A DNA stretch of 63,673 bases, counting the filler, from Gemmatimonadota bacterium (lineage in GTDB: Bacteria > 4572-55 > J002): NCBI GenBank assembly GCA_003697105.1. It is 5 parts of 5 records of this genome, joined end to end, with 100 filler letters (N's around TTAATTAATTAA, not from the genome) between each part and the next. Parts side by side here need not be neighbours in the genome. Positions count along the whole stretch, not along the records: positions 22,997 to 34,838 come from RFFQ01000077.1; positions 34,939 to 47,665 come from RFFQ01000079.1; 3 more parts are not named here. The stretch is one strand, 5' to 3'. A program made the position numbers and the translations under genes. Positions within the stretch are counted from its first letter, which is position 1, and each line of letters opens with the position of its first letter. Shown here in pieces: positions 30,124 through 38,847 of the stretch. Under the pieces are notes generated by a model. It worked only from the letters and a program-made list of their open reading frames with translations, did no database searches and was not told where the DNA came from.

Positions 30124-31215
30124 ATGTCCTGTACAACTCCTAAATTCGTGATGCGAATCAGTTTGATTCTCCTGTTGGTTTCTTCCTTGAGTCTGGCGGA
30201 CCCTATTTTTCCAGATTTGCAAGGTCAAGCGCTGTTGGACGCTTTGGAAAGTGCGTATCGCCCCACTTCAACCCTGAGTTACAATGAAGCGCGGGATGTA
30301 CTTTACACGATTATTGATAATCACAATGATCATCTCACCTGTGTTTATACTGGCTTTGAAATTTATCTGGATCATAACTCCTCCAATCCCCGAAGTGAAG
30401 CGTATGAGCGCGGGATCAATTGCGAACACACTTGGCCCCAAAGTTTGGGCGCCACCGGGCAAGCCAAAAGTGATATGCATCACCTCTATCCCACCCGGAT
30501 TGATGTGAACGCTGCACGAGGAAGCCTGCCATTTGATGATATTCCCGATAATTGGACGGATCGATGGTGGCGGCTGGATTACCATCAGGGGAGTATCCCC
30601 GGCAGTTATATTGACGAGTACAGCGAGGAAGATACCAATACCGATTTTGAACCTCGCGAAGACCACAAAGGCAATGTGGCGCGCTCCATGTTTTACTTTT
30701 ACACCATGTACCACGATCAAGCCGATGATACTTTTTTTGAGATTCAAAGAGACCGGCTGCGGTTATGGCACTATGAAGACCCGGTGGATCCGGCGGAGAT
30801 TGACCGCACGTGGCAAATTGCGTCTTACCAGCAAAATCGACCTAATCCGTTCATTATTGATACCACATTGGTACTTCGGGCTTATTTTCCGGAGTTGGTC
30901 AGTGTACCGTTGGAAAATGCCTCCGTTTCTACGCCACAAATGACTTCGCTTCATCCCAATTACCCCAACCCATTTAATCCACAAACCACGTTGGCGTTTG
31001 ATCTGGCAACAGATAGTCACGTCACTTTTTCCATTTATGATATGCAGGGACAGTTGGTGAAAACGCTGATTGATGCGGCATGTACCGCCGGATCGTATCA
31101 GGTGCTGTGGGATGGCACCGATGACCGTGATACCGCGGTCTCCAGTGGGATTTATTGGGGGTGTTTGACCACTGGGGAACAGACTCAGACGCAATCAATG
31201 GTGCTCTTGCGCTAA
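30124..31215 (+). CDS. Secreted endonuclease I-family nuclease with FlgD/T9SS-type CTD
   Basis: NCEHTWPQS, SDMHHLYP, KGNVARSMFY, NRPNPF; NYPNPFNP...MVLLR; alternative start 30151. Confidence 0.88.
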   Translation: MSCTTPKFVMRISLILLLVSSLSLADPIFPDLQGQALLDALESAYRPTSTLSYNEARDVLYTIIDNHNDHLTCVYTGFEIYLDHNSSNPRSEAYERGINCEHTWPQSLGATGQAKSDMHHLYPTRIDVNAARGSLPFDDIPDNWTDRWWRLDYHQGSIPGSYIDEYSEEDTNTDFEPREDHKGNVARSMFYFYTMYHDQADDTFFEIQRDRLRLWHYEDPVDPAEIDRTWQIASYQQNRPNPFIIDTTLVLRAYFPELVSVPLENASVSTPQMTSLHPNYPNPFNPQTTLAFDLATDSHVTFSIYDMQGQLVKTLIDAACTAGSYQVLWDGTDDRDTAVSSGIYWGCLTTGEQTQTQSMVLLR

Positions 31216-32243
31216 TTTTCGCGCAGGTAGGTTAAAAAGAAGAAACCGCCGAGAATAACAGCAAGGTAGGTTGTAACGACCCGCCAGATGACGGTAAACA
31301 ACCCCAGTACCTCTGCGGGAACGATCAATCCCATCAGGGCAACAGAAGCGATCTCTGCCGCACCGCTGGAGCCGGGGGTTGGGATCAGATAGGTGGAGAA
31401 AAAGAGGAGTGTTTGCAAAATCCAGACATCCCCAAAATGCACCTCGACACCGAAACCTCGGATCAAAAAGTAGGCGGTCGCAAAACGGGCAGTGAGTGCC
31501 AGCGCCACCAGAACCAGACTAAACAATACCAACCCGGTTTCTTCCCGCAGCAAGCGTACAAACTCCTGTTGAAACCGGTTAAATTGGTGAAGTAACCGTT
31601 GGCCGGGTGCGCGATCTGCTAACCAATCTCGCCTCGAAAGGTGACTTAGCACCTGAAAAATAAGCCGTAAACCGTGTTGGAAGGGTTGGGGATGGAATAG
31701 CACCGCGGTAATGGCGGTTAAAACCAGAATCACACCGGCAATACTGAAATAAAGTACCGGTAGAAACTTCGGGCTGATGTTGAGTATTGCCGGTTGAAGC
31801 GCCAAACTTCCGGCGGTGGCGACGGTCAAAAAAAATACCGTGCTGGAAAAACTGATAATCAGGATGGCAAAGGCATGGGAGGCATGAACACCCTCTTTAT
31901 GCAAGACATAGGTTTGTGCCACACCACCCCCAATTGAGGACGGGGTCGTGGCAGAAACAAAATAATTGATCGTAATGGTACGAAAACAGGTCCAAAGGGA
32001 AATTTTTTCATTATGAAGCACCACAAAAAGATACAGTTTGAGGGAGCTGAAAAACCACTCGATAGCAGTACTGAGTAAAGCCAGTCCTAAAAACGGAAGT
32101 TGGAGATGCCGGATTATGTCCGCCAGATGGGGGGTTTTCCACCAAAAAACACCAATTGATGCGATCAAGGCAATTAGGCTAAACAGAAAGATGCCTTTTT
32201 TCAACAAACGGGGTTCGGGTCTCCAGAGGATGGGTTCTGGCAT
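31212..32243 (-). CDS. Lysylphosphatidylglycerol synthase TM region / UPF0104 flippase-like protein
   Basis: TPSSIGG, PTPGSSGAAE and IWRVVT motifs; ATG 32243 preferred. Confidence 0.85.
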   Translation of the reverse strand: MPEPILWRPEPRLLKKGIFLFSLIALIASIGVFWWKTPHLADIIRHLQLPFLGLALLSTAIEWFFSSLKLYLFVVLHNEKISLWTCFRTITINYFVSATTPSSIGGGVAQTYVLHKEGVHASHAFAILIISFSSTVFFLTVATAGSLALQPAILNISPKFLPVLYFSIAGVILVLTAITAVLFHPQPFQHGLRLIFQVLSHLSRRDWLADRAPGQRLLHQFNRFQQEFVRLLREETGLVLFSLVLVALALTARFATAYFLIRGFGVEVHFGDVWILQTLLFFSTYLIPTPGSSGAAEIASVALMGLIVPAEVLGLFTVIWRVVTTYLAVILGGFFFLTYLREN

Positions 32244-32315
32244 GTTTGCCTCATAAAAAACAACCCACTGACGGACGTCAATGGGTTGTTCCATATTAGC
32301 GAACTCGTTAGGGGA

Positions 32316-32912
32316 TTATAAGCGGGTAAGTACCCCTTGTACCGCTTTTTTGAAGGCATCATTTACCCCTTCACCGGTACGGGCGGTGGCTTCCACATAA
32401 GGAATTTTCCAGATATTGAATTTTTCCATTTCGTCAATTGGTGTGGCATTGGGAAGGTCACGTTTGTTGTACATAAGGACGAATGTCACTTTGCTGAGGT
32501 CACCGCGAGTTTCTTCATAGAGCATTTCACGGATTTGCTCTAGCATTACCTTATTGGCATAGACACGTTCGGGGTGAGAGTCCGCCACAAAAACAACCGC
32601 ATCCACATCCTGCAGGAGCATGCCGCGTTCTGCTTTGTGGAAGATCATTCCGGGGACGGTGATCATGGTCACAAACACCTTAAAACCCTTCACATTGCCT
32701 AATTGGAACATATATTTTTTGAAGGTTTTGGTCTCATCGCCGGAATGTCCGCTTGGGTTTTCTGCGTCATCGTCGGCTTCCACGGCTTTTTGTTCCTTCA
32801 AGCCCCGTTGTGCCCGAATAAATTCAACCGCCGTCGTTTTGCCGGACTGCCCCGGACCGCAAAACGCGATTTTCATCGAAATGGTTTTTTCACTTTGATT
32901 GACGGATGGCAT
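32316..32912 (-). CDS. MglA-like small Ras-family GTPase (divergent)
   Basis: GPGQSGKTT P-loop, TVPG, VDAVVFVADS, NKRD, ATA. Confidence 0.85.
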   Translation of the reverse strand: MPSVNQSEKTISMKIAFCGPGQSGKTTAVEFIRAQRGLKEQKAVEADDDAENPSGHSGDETKTFKKYMFQLGNVKGFKVFVTMITVPGMIFHKAERGMLLQDVDAVVFVADSHPERVYANKVMLEQIREMLYEETRGDLSKVTFVLMYNKRDLPNATPIDEMEKFNIWKIPYVEATARTGEGVNDAFKKAVQGVLTRL

Positions 32913-33060
32913 TTTATCCTCCCTGCCTCAAGCCATAGAATCGCTAATCCTTGCGTTCCTATTGTAGATGATCCCGGATGAAAATGCAAGAGTTTTATTC
33001 GGGCTTCGTTGTTTTTCGGTAACCGGATGGGCATCCATTATTTTTCATCAAAAACCAAGC

Positions 33061-33999
33061 TCAATTTTCGAAGGTTAGTTCTTTCGGCAGACCGAAAGTG
33101 ATATGTTCTCGCTCGATGATCACTTCTTCCAAATCAACCCGGTCATACATCGATTTGAACCAGTTGATTGTCTCTTGCACCAGTACTTCCGGAGTGGATG
33201 CACCGGAGGTAATCCCCACCGAATTTACATTGTCCAGCCATGCTGGGTCGATTGTGTCCGCAGAGGCGATTAAATGTGCCGGTACCCCCTGATAGCGCCC
33301 AACTTCCGCCAATCGGTTTGAATTGGAACTGCTTTTTGACCCCAACACCAAAATCAGATCGCATTGGTTGGCAAATGCTTTTACGGCATTCTGTCGGTTT
33401 TGGGTTGCGTAGCAAATATCGTCTGCTTTGGGACCTTCAATGTGCGGATACTTTTCTTTGAGGGCATCGATGATTTCAGCGGTATCATCATAGCTGAGCG
33501 TGGTTTGGGTGGTAAACGCGATCTTTTCGGCAGTCAAATTCAGGTTTTGTACATCTTCAACCGTTTCGACCAGTACGGTACGCTCTGGGGCGTGACCCAT
33601 CGTACCGATTACTTCCACGTGATTTTTGTGCCCGATCATCACAATTTGATAATCGTTATCGTTATACCGGGTCACTTGGCGGTGGACTTTGGTTACTAGC
33701 GGGCAGGTGGCATCAATGGCTTTGAGGTGTCGTTCTGCCGCGATTCGGTGTGCCGAGGGGGGCACGCCATGTGCACTAAAAATCACCACACTTCCCGGGG
33801 GGATGTCATCAAAATCTTCCACAAAAACAGCCCCTTTTGCGGTCAGTTCGTTGACCACGTGCTCATTATGGACAATCTGGTGTTTCATGTAAACCGGTGC
33901 ACCAAACTTTTTCAATGCGGTTTCTACAATATCAATGGCGCGAACAACACCGGCACAGAACCCACGCGGTGCCGCCAAATATAGTTTTATCGTTTTCAT
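33061..33999 (-). CDS. ispH: 4-hydroxy-3-methylbut-2-enyl diphosphate reductase
   Basis: PRGFCAGV, IVHN, SAHG, DATCPLV, ICYATQNRQ, SSNS. Confidence 0.97.
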   Translation of the reverse strand: MKTIKLYLAAPRGFCAGVVRAIDIVETALKKFGAPVYMKHQIVHNEHVVNELTAKGAVFVEDFDDIPPGSVVIFSAHGVPPSAHRIAAERHLKAIDATCPLVTKVHRQVTRYNDNDYQIVMIGHKNHVEVIGTMGHAPERTVLVETVEDVQNLNLTAEKIAFTTQTTLSYDDTAEIIDALKEKYPHIEGPKADDICYATQNRQNAVKAFANQCDLILVLGSKSSSNSNRLAEVGRYQGVPAHLIASADTIDPAWLDNVNSVGITSGASTPEVLVQETINWFKSMYDRVDLEEVIIEREHITFGLPKELTFEN

Positions 34000-34178
34000 T
34001 GTTTGTTTCTCCCTGTAAATATGAATTTGCGATTGCTCATTTGCGGGGGAAAGGGTACGGTCTTTTAAGGGGAATATCAAGAGGATTTTTGCGAAAAAAC
34101 ATCTTGACAAAATCAGAAAGGCATATTACATATCCCGTCACATGTGAGACGCATTATTTGAAAATGATGATGTTGAGT

Positions 34179-34255
34179 TCCTCAGTAGCTCAGTTGGTTA
34201 GAGCGGGTGGCTGTTAACCACTAGGTCGTAGGTTCGAGTCCTACCTGAGGAGCCA
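34179..34255 (+). tRNA. tRNA-Asn(GTT)
   Basis: TCCTCAG/CTGAGGA acceptor stem, GTT anticodon, GGTTCGAGTCC, encoded CCA. Confidence 0.97.
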
Positions 34256-34260
34256 GTTTT

Positions 34261-34292
34261 AGGCGAAACCAATCGCGGTTTCGCCTTTTTTT
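34261..34292 (+). terminator. Terminator after tRNA-Asn
   Basis: AGGCGAAACC/GGTTTCGCCT stem plus T-tract. Confidence 0.8.
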
Positions 34293-34482
34293 ATTCGCTT
34301 TTTTCTGCCGGTTTTTCCGTCTTGTTTGTCACCATTTTCCAGATAACCAGCACGGCGCCGATCAGAATTCCCACATCATCCAGATACATGGGATCGGGGA
34401 AAAGATCGACGGGTGATATACCATAAAACACAGCCCCCACAAACACGATAACCGATACAATTCCACGTAAAATTGTTGGCAT
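34291..34482 (-). CDS. DUF1232/YkvA-like small membrane protein
   Basis: YGISPVDLFPD...LDD motif; GGAGG RBS. Confidence 0.75.
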   Translation of the reverse strand: MPTILRGIVSVIVFVGAVFYGISPVDLFPDPMYLDDVGILIGAVLVIWKMVTNKTEKPAEKSE

Positions 34483-34502
34483 GAGGTTTCCTCCGCTCTT
34501 GG

Positions 34503-34838
34503 CTATAAACGAACCACTTTCTTGACCAGATCGTGGTCAAAAAAGTTGATGGACATTCCGGCATCCACCACCACATGCTGGGCATTGATCCCGCTAGAAC
34601 GTTCACTGAGCAAAAAGACGGCAACATTGGCAACCTCCTCCGTTTGCAGGGCTTCTTTGCGTGGAATTACCTGTTCGGCATACAGATAATAATCCAAATA
34701 GCCCGGGATTCCAGCAGAAGCGGAGGTTTTTAACAAACTTGCATTGACCGTATTAAAACGCACTTTGGAAAATCGACTAAACGATTTTGCCAGAAAGGCT
34801 ACGGAAGAGTCCAATGCCGCTTTGACCGGTGCCATATA
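34503..34838 (-). CDS. Enoyl-ACP reductase-like SDR, C-terminal part (5' end lost in the gap)
   Basis: [30 protein letters not shown]...GINAQ...DAG. Confidence 0.75.
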   Translation of the reverse strand, partial: YMAPVKAALDSSVAFLAKSFSRFSKVRFNTVNASLLKTSASAGIPGYLDYYLYAEQVIPRKEALQTEEVANVAVFLLSERSSGINAQHVVVDAGMSINFFDHDLVKKVVRL

Positions 34839-34938
34839 NNNNNNNNNNNNNNNNNNNNNNNNNNNNNNNNNNNNNNNNNNNNTTAATTAATTAANNNNNN
34901 NNNNNNNNNNNNNNNNNNNNNNNNNNNNNNNNNNNNNN
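34839..34938. other. Artificial contig linker
   Basis: N44-TTAATTAATTAA-N44. Confidence 0.99.
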
Positions 34939-35384
34939 CCTCGCCGGTCTTGAGGAATGAGTTCCAACCAGCGTTCTTCTTCCGGCAGGTCTTCTGGTAA
35001 TTGCGTATTGAAATGCTTCTTTAATTTCCAACTGATCAGGCTGGCTTGTTCTGTGGTAAATTTCGCTCGATATAATTCGGTATCGATAATGACGGTCTGG
35101 ACGGGTGCTGGGGGCGCCGTCTCCAGTGTATCGGCAGAGACCGCGGCAATCGCCGGATTTGGTGTTTCTACTGTCGTTATGCTATCCGGGGGGCGGTTAG
35201 AGGCGGTGCTTCGCTCCGAATCCGGGTGTTCCGGGCGGCTGAAGCCGCCGGTGGTGTCGGTATCTACTCTCAACGAATCCGAAGCGGATTCTGGGGGAAT
35301 GTAAGCGGGTTTCCAAATAAACTCGTTACTGAACCAAATAACAATAAAAATCAGGATAAATGCCGTAATGGCGCGCTTTTCCAT
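34939..35384 (-). CDS. yidC: Membrane protein insertase YidC, N-terminal part (3' end lost in the gap)
   Basis: MEKRAITAFIL TM start; VIIDTELYRAKFTT...SWKLK; position after rpmH-rnpA-yidD. Confidence 0.85.
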
Positions 35385-35417
35385 TAAAATTTTGACCTCA
35401 TCAAAAGTGAAAAGAGT

Positions 35418-35684
35418 TTACTCTGGGCAGTCGGGGGGTGGCTGGCGCCGGAACCACCTGAATTGCTCCGGAACGGGGTCATATCCGCCGGGAAACAGAG
35501 GGTTGCAACGAAACAGCCGCCACACCGCCAAAAAAGTACCTTTGAAAAATCCATGACGCTCTACGGCAGTGAGCGCATACTGAGAACAGGTGGGAGAAAA
35601 GCGGCACGACGGTGGAAATAACGGTGATACTACGCGTTGGTAAAATCGAATCAGAAGAATCGAAAGCCGGGCTAAAATAGACAT
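35418..35684 (-). CDS. yidD: Membrane protein insertion efficiency factor YidD
   Basis: YQRVVSP...[10 protein letters not shown]...RCNP...GYDPVP. Confidence 0.95.
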   Translation of the reverse strand: MSILARLSILLIRFYQRVVSPLFPPSCRFSPTCSQYALTAVERHGFFKGTFLAVWRLFRCNPLFPGGYDPVPEQFRWFRRQPPPDCPE

Positions 35685-35717
35685 AACACCTCCGTTCCGC
35701 AAGGGCGGTAACGGAAG

Positions 35718-36104
35718 TTAAATGGATGAATCCGCAGAATCCTTTGCATACCCGGTTGCGGATTGTAAATGGTTAATACAATCTAAAAATTCAGTTTGGA
35801 TTTGTTGCCACGAAGCACTGGTAATGGTTTTTCGTGCGACTAATACGATTTCTGTTCCTAAAGGAATGTCGTGTTGGTGTAACCGGTAGATTTCTCTCAA
35901 ACGTCGTTTAGCATAATTCCGAGCAACCGCCTTGCCCACCTTACGGCTGGCGACGATGCCTACTTTTCTCTCCTGATGTGCTGTGGTTCTCAATACAAAG
36001 GCAACAAAAAAACGGTAATGATATGCGCTTCCGTCGCGATAAACGCGATCAAACTGCCACGGCTTGGTGAGCCGTTGGCGCTTGCTGAACCGTAAGGATA
36101 TCAT
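35718..36104 (-). CDS. rnpA: Ribonuclease P protein component
   Basis: GIVASRKVGKAVARNYAKRRLRE (RNR-type motif). Confidence 0.93.
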   Translation of the reverse strand: MISLRFSKRQRLTKPWQFDRVYRDGSAYHYRFFVAFVLRTTAHQERKVGIVASRKVGKAVARNYAKRRLREIYRLHQHDIPLGTEIVLVARKTITSASWQQIQTEFLDCINHLQSATGYAKDSADSSI

Positions 36105-36120
36105 CACCGATTTTCAATAG

Positions 36121-36291
36121 TTAGCGTTTGCGACGGGTGTCGCGGGTATATTCATCAGAAACCGACAATTTGTGCCGTCCTTTCGCACGGCGGCGTTGCA
36201 GTACCTTACGTCCATTTTTGGTACTCATCCGCTCCCGAAAGCCGTGTTTATTACGACGCCTCCGATTACTCGGTTGGTATGTGCGCTTCAT
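36121..36291 (-). CDS. rpmH: 50S ribosomal protein L34 (56 aa, absent from the ORF track)
   Basis: Translated by hand: [66 protein letters not shown]. Confidence 0.97.
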   Translation of the reverse strand: MKRTYQPSNRRRRNKHGFRERMSTKNGRKVLQRRRAKGRHKLSVSDEYTRDTRRKR

Positions 36292-36389
36292 TAAAACCTC
36301 CTTCTTAATGTGGATTCTCTAATGTCATTAAGGGATATTTGGGTGCGCTCTGATGTTTCATCCAAAATCAGAGCCGCCAAAGTCCCGCA

Positions 36390-36418
36390 ATTCTAAAAAG
36401 CGAGGTGCTAAAAGTCAA
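36390..36418 (-). promoter_or_regulatory. sigma70-type promoter of the rpmH operon
   Basis: TTGACT-N17-TAGAAT on the minus strand. Confidence 0.75.
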
Positions 36419-36453
36419 GTGTTTTTTCCATACGTCGTACGCCACCATGCCCC

Positions 36454-38592
36454 TCAAGATTTGGTGTTTCCGGTGCTTTGAGACTTCCTTTTTTGTTTTA
36501 AGTCGATACCGATCTTCTTTAATGCCACTTCCAGACCCGCTTGCAAATTGCTACGGGTGGTGATGTGCTGTAAATCGACTCCAATATGGACAAGCGTTTG
36601 AGCGATTTGGGGGCTGATGCCGACCAAAATGCAATCTGCGCCTAACAGCCGGGTGGCTTGCACCGTTTTCGTCAAATGGTTTGCTACTTCGGTATCGACA
36701 ATCGGTACTCCGGTAATATCAATAATGGCGGTGTGTGCCTCCAATTGGGTAATGGCATTGAGGATATTTTCCATCAGTTGATCTGCTCGCCGGCTATCGA
36801 CCGTCCCGATCACCGGCACGGTTAGAATCCCTTCGTAAAGTTGGATCACCGGTGTGGAAAGTTCCATAATGATTTCCTGTTGCTCCATCTGGCGTTTTCG
36901 CGCGGCGGTGAGTTCCTGCTGTTGTTGTTCTACTTTGCGTCGGGCTTCTTCCAACTCCGCTTGTCCTGCCTGAAGTTCTTTTTGACTCTTTTCAATAATG
37001 CCCTGTGCCCGGTGCAAGGTTTTCATCACCCGTTCCATCTGTTCCAGATTTTCTGTGGAGAGTTCTTGATAGCGTTGGGTAAAATAGCGGTAATATTCAT
37101 TCCGCTGGTCCGTATCCTCGATGGTTAAATCGATTTGTTCCAGTTCTTCCGCATATTTATTCCAAAGTTTTTTCATTAATTGGGCGGCGGCGTCAAAATG
37201 GTAGAGAATCTCCTCGTAATCGCCATCCATTTCATCAATGATGGTACCCAACAGATGGTGGACTTCAATGGCGCCCCCCCAATGGTCGCGCTCTTGGTAG
37301 AGGTCTAAGGCACGCTTGAGTTCTGTTACCGCCCGTTGGTACTTTTTCTGTTTGTGGTAAACTTTGCCTAAACCAACGTAAGCTGACGGTGTTGCCACAA
37401 TTTCACCGGCAAAGTCGAGTGCCTTCCGGAAACACTTTTCCGCATGTTCTACGTTGCCCAATTCCAGTTCGATATTACCCAGCATATTCCAATTTTCCAC
37501 CAAAATATGCGGTTGGTGGATTTTTTCCAATTCCGGTAGGTATTGCAGGAGCAGTTTTTTCGCTTCGTCATAGCGTTTTTGATTGTAATGATGCCCGGCA
37601 ATCCGCACTTGCGAGACAATCGCTAACTCCTTAAAATTAATCTCCATGGATAGATCATATGCCCGTTGGTCATAGTACATCGCCTTGTCGTAATTTTTAA
37701 GGGTTGAATAGACACTGCTAAACATATGGGTGATAAGGGCCTTGTATCGCCGCGCCTCATCCCCACGCCCTTTGATGGTCTCCTCGGCGTTACGGAGCAT
37801 CAACAAGGCTTCATGATACTTTTCCTGTGAATGGACGGCACTACTTAAGCTGTAATATGCGTTCGCTAGGGCTTTCCACCATTCTGGAGTCTCTTTTACC
37901 GCTTCGGGAACATCCTTCAGATACGCCACAACCTTCCGAAATAGCTCCTCTGAAGAATCATGTTGCCCCAAATGCGAGTAAATATGCCCTTTTGCCACCA
38001 ACGCATTGACATAATCCATGTGTAATTGATTTTTCAAAGCGAAGGTTTCGGCGGCGTTGTACCAATCCATTGCTTGGTTGTTGTCTTTTAGGGCACGGTA
38101 CAAATTTCCAAATTTGTGTATAAACTGAACTTCTTTTTTCGGGAATTCGCCATCTTTGGCAATGGAATAACCCGCTTTTAACCATTGCTCTGCCTGATCG
38201 AATTTATAGCGATCATAGGAAATTTGCGCTAATGCCAGATAAAAATCCAGCATGGCGACGGTATCACCGTATTTTTCTGCCAGACCCAAGCCCTCTTCCA
38301 ATAAGGTGAACGCCTGATCACTTTTTGGTTCGTGTTCTCCAGACCAGATACCCGCCAAGCGGATAAATTTCAGTTGCTGGGTTGTATCGTCCTGTTCCTG
38401 AGCCGAGCGGATACCCCACTCGATCAGTATCTTGCGGCATTTTGGCTCCCGGCGAATCCCGGAGTTAATATATTTGTACAACTCGTCGAGCTGATCCGTC
38501 GCAATCGGCAGAATTGACGCCTCGACGGATTCCCGTTGGTCCGAATCTTCCACGACAACTTGTGCCGCTTTTTTGATGTCATCTAATGTCAT
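36454..38592 (-). CDS. TPR-repeat / coiled-coil / RsbR-type STAS domain protein
   Basis: Multiple TPRs; ELSTPVIQL...PVIGTVDSRRA...IDITGVPIVDTEVA...LVGISPQIAQTLV. Confidence 0.88.
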   Translation of the reverse strand: MTLDDIKKAAQVVVEDSDQRESVEASILPIATDQLDELYKYINSGIRREPKCRKILIEWGIRSAQEQDDTTQQLKFIRLAGIWSGEHEPKSDQAFTLLEEGLGLAEKYGDTVAMLDFYLALAQISYDRYKFDQAEQWLKAGYSIAKDGEFPKKEVQFIHKFGNLYRALKDNNQAMDWYNAAETFALKNQLHMDYVNALVAKGHIYSHLGQHDSSEELFRKVVAYLKDVPEAVKETPEWWKALANAYYSLSSAVHSQEKYHEALLMLRNAEETIKGRGDEARRYKALITHMFSSVYSTLKNYDKAMYYDQRAYDLSMEINFKELAIVSQVRIAGHHYNQKRYDEAKKLLLQYLPELEKIHQPHILVENWNMLGNIELELGNVEHAEKCFRKALDFAGEIVATPSAYVGLGKVYHKQKKYQRAVTELKRALDLYQERDHWGGAIEVHHLLGTIIDEMDGDYEEILYHFDAAAQLMKKLWNKYAEELEQIDLTIEDTDQRNEYYRYFTQRYQELSTENLEQMERVMKTLHRAQGIIEKSQKELQAGQAELEEARRKVEQQQQELTAARKRQMEQQEIIMELSTPVIQLYEGILTVPVIGTVDSRRADQLMENILNAITQLEAHTAIIDITGVPIVDTEVANHLTKTVQATRLLGADCILVGISPQIAQTLVHIGVDLQHITTRSNLQAGLEVALKKIGIDLKQKRKSQSTGNTKS

Positions 38593-38785
38593 AAGTCCTT
38601 TCCCCTAAAATCAAAATGAATTATGAATCGATTATCGATTATTGCGAGTATGGCTATTCCACATTGAACAGGTCAGGCGTAAGTAACTGATAAAACGGAA
38701 GTTAATTTTTTAGTTTGAAGCTCAATAACATTCATAAACAACTGGCAAATAACAACTTAATTTTTGATCTATTCAATGTGGGTTT

Positions 38786-38814
38786 ATTATAACGGAAGAC
38801 GCCTAAATTCGCAA
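38786..38814 (-). promoter_or_regulatory. sigma70-type promoter of the TPR-STAS gene
   Basis: TTGCGA-N17-TATAAT on the minus strand. Confidence 0.7.
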
Positions 38815-38847
38815 TAACCTTTTTAGTGTGGATGAGTTACCCATTTA

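Noticed and set aside
29846-34255. tRNA-anchored genomic island or prophage
   Set aside because: No integrase, no duplicated tRNA 3' end and no phage genes
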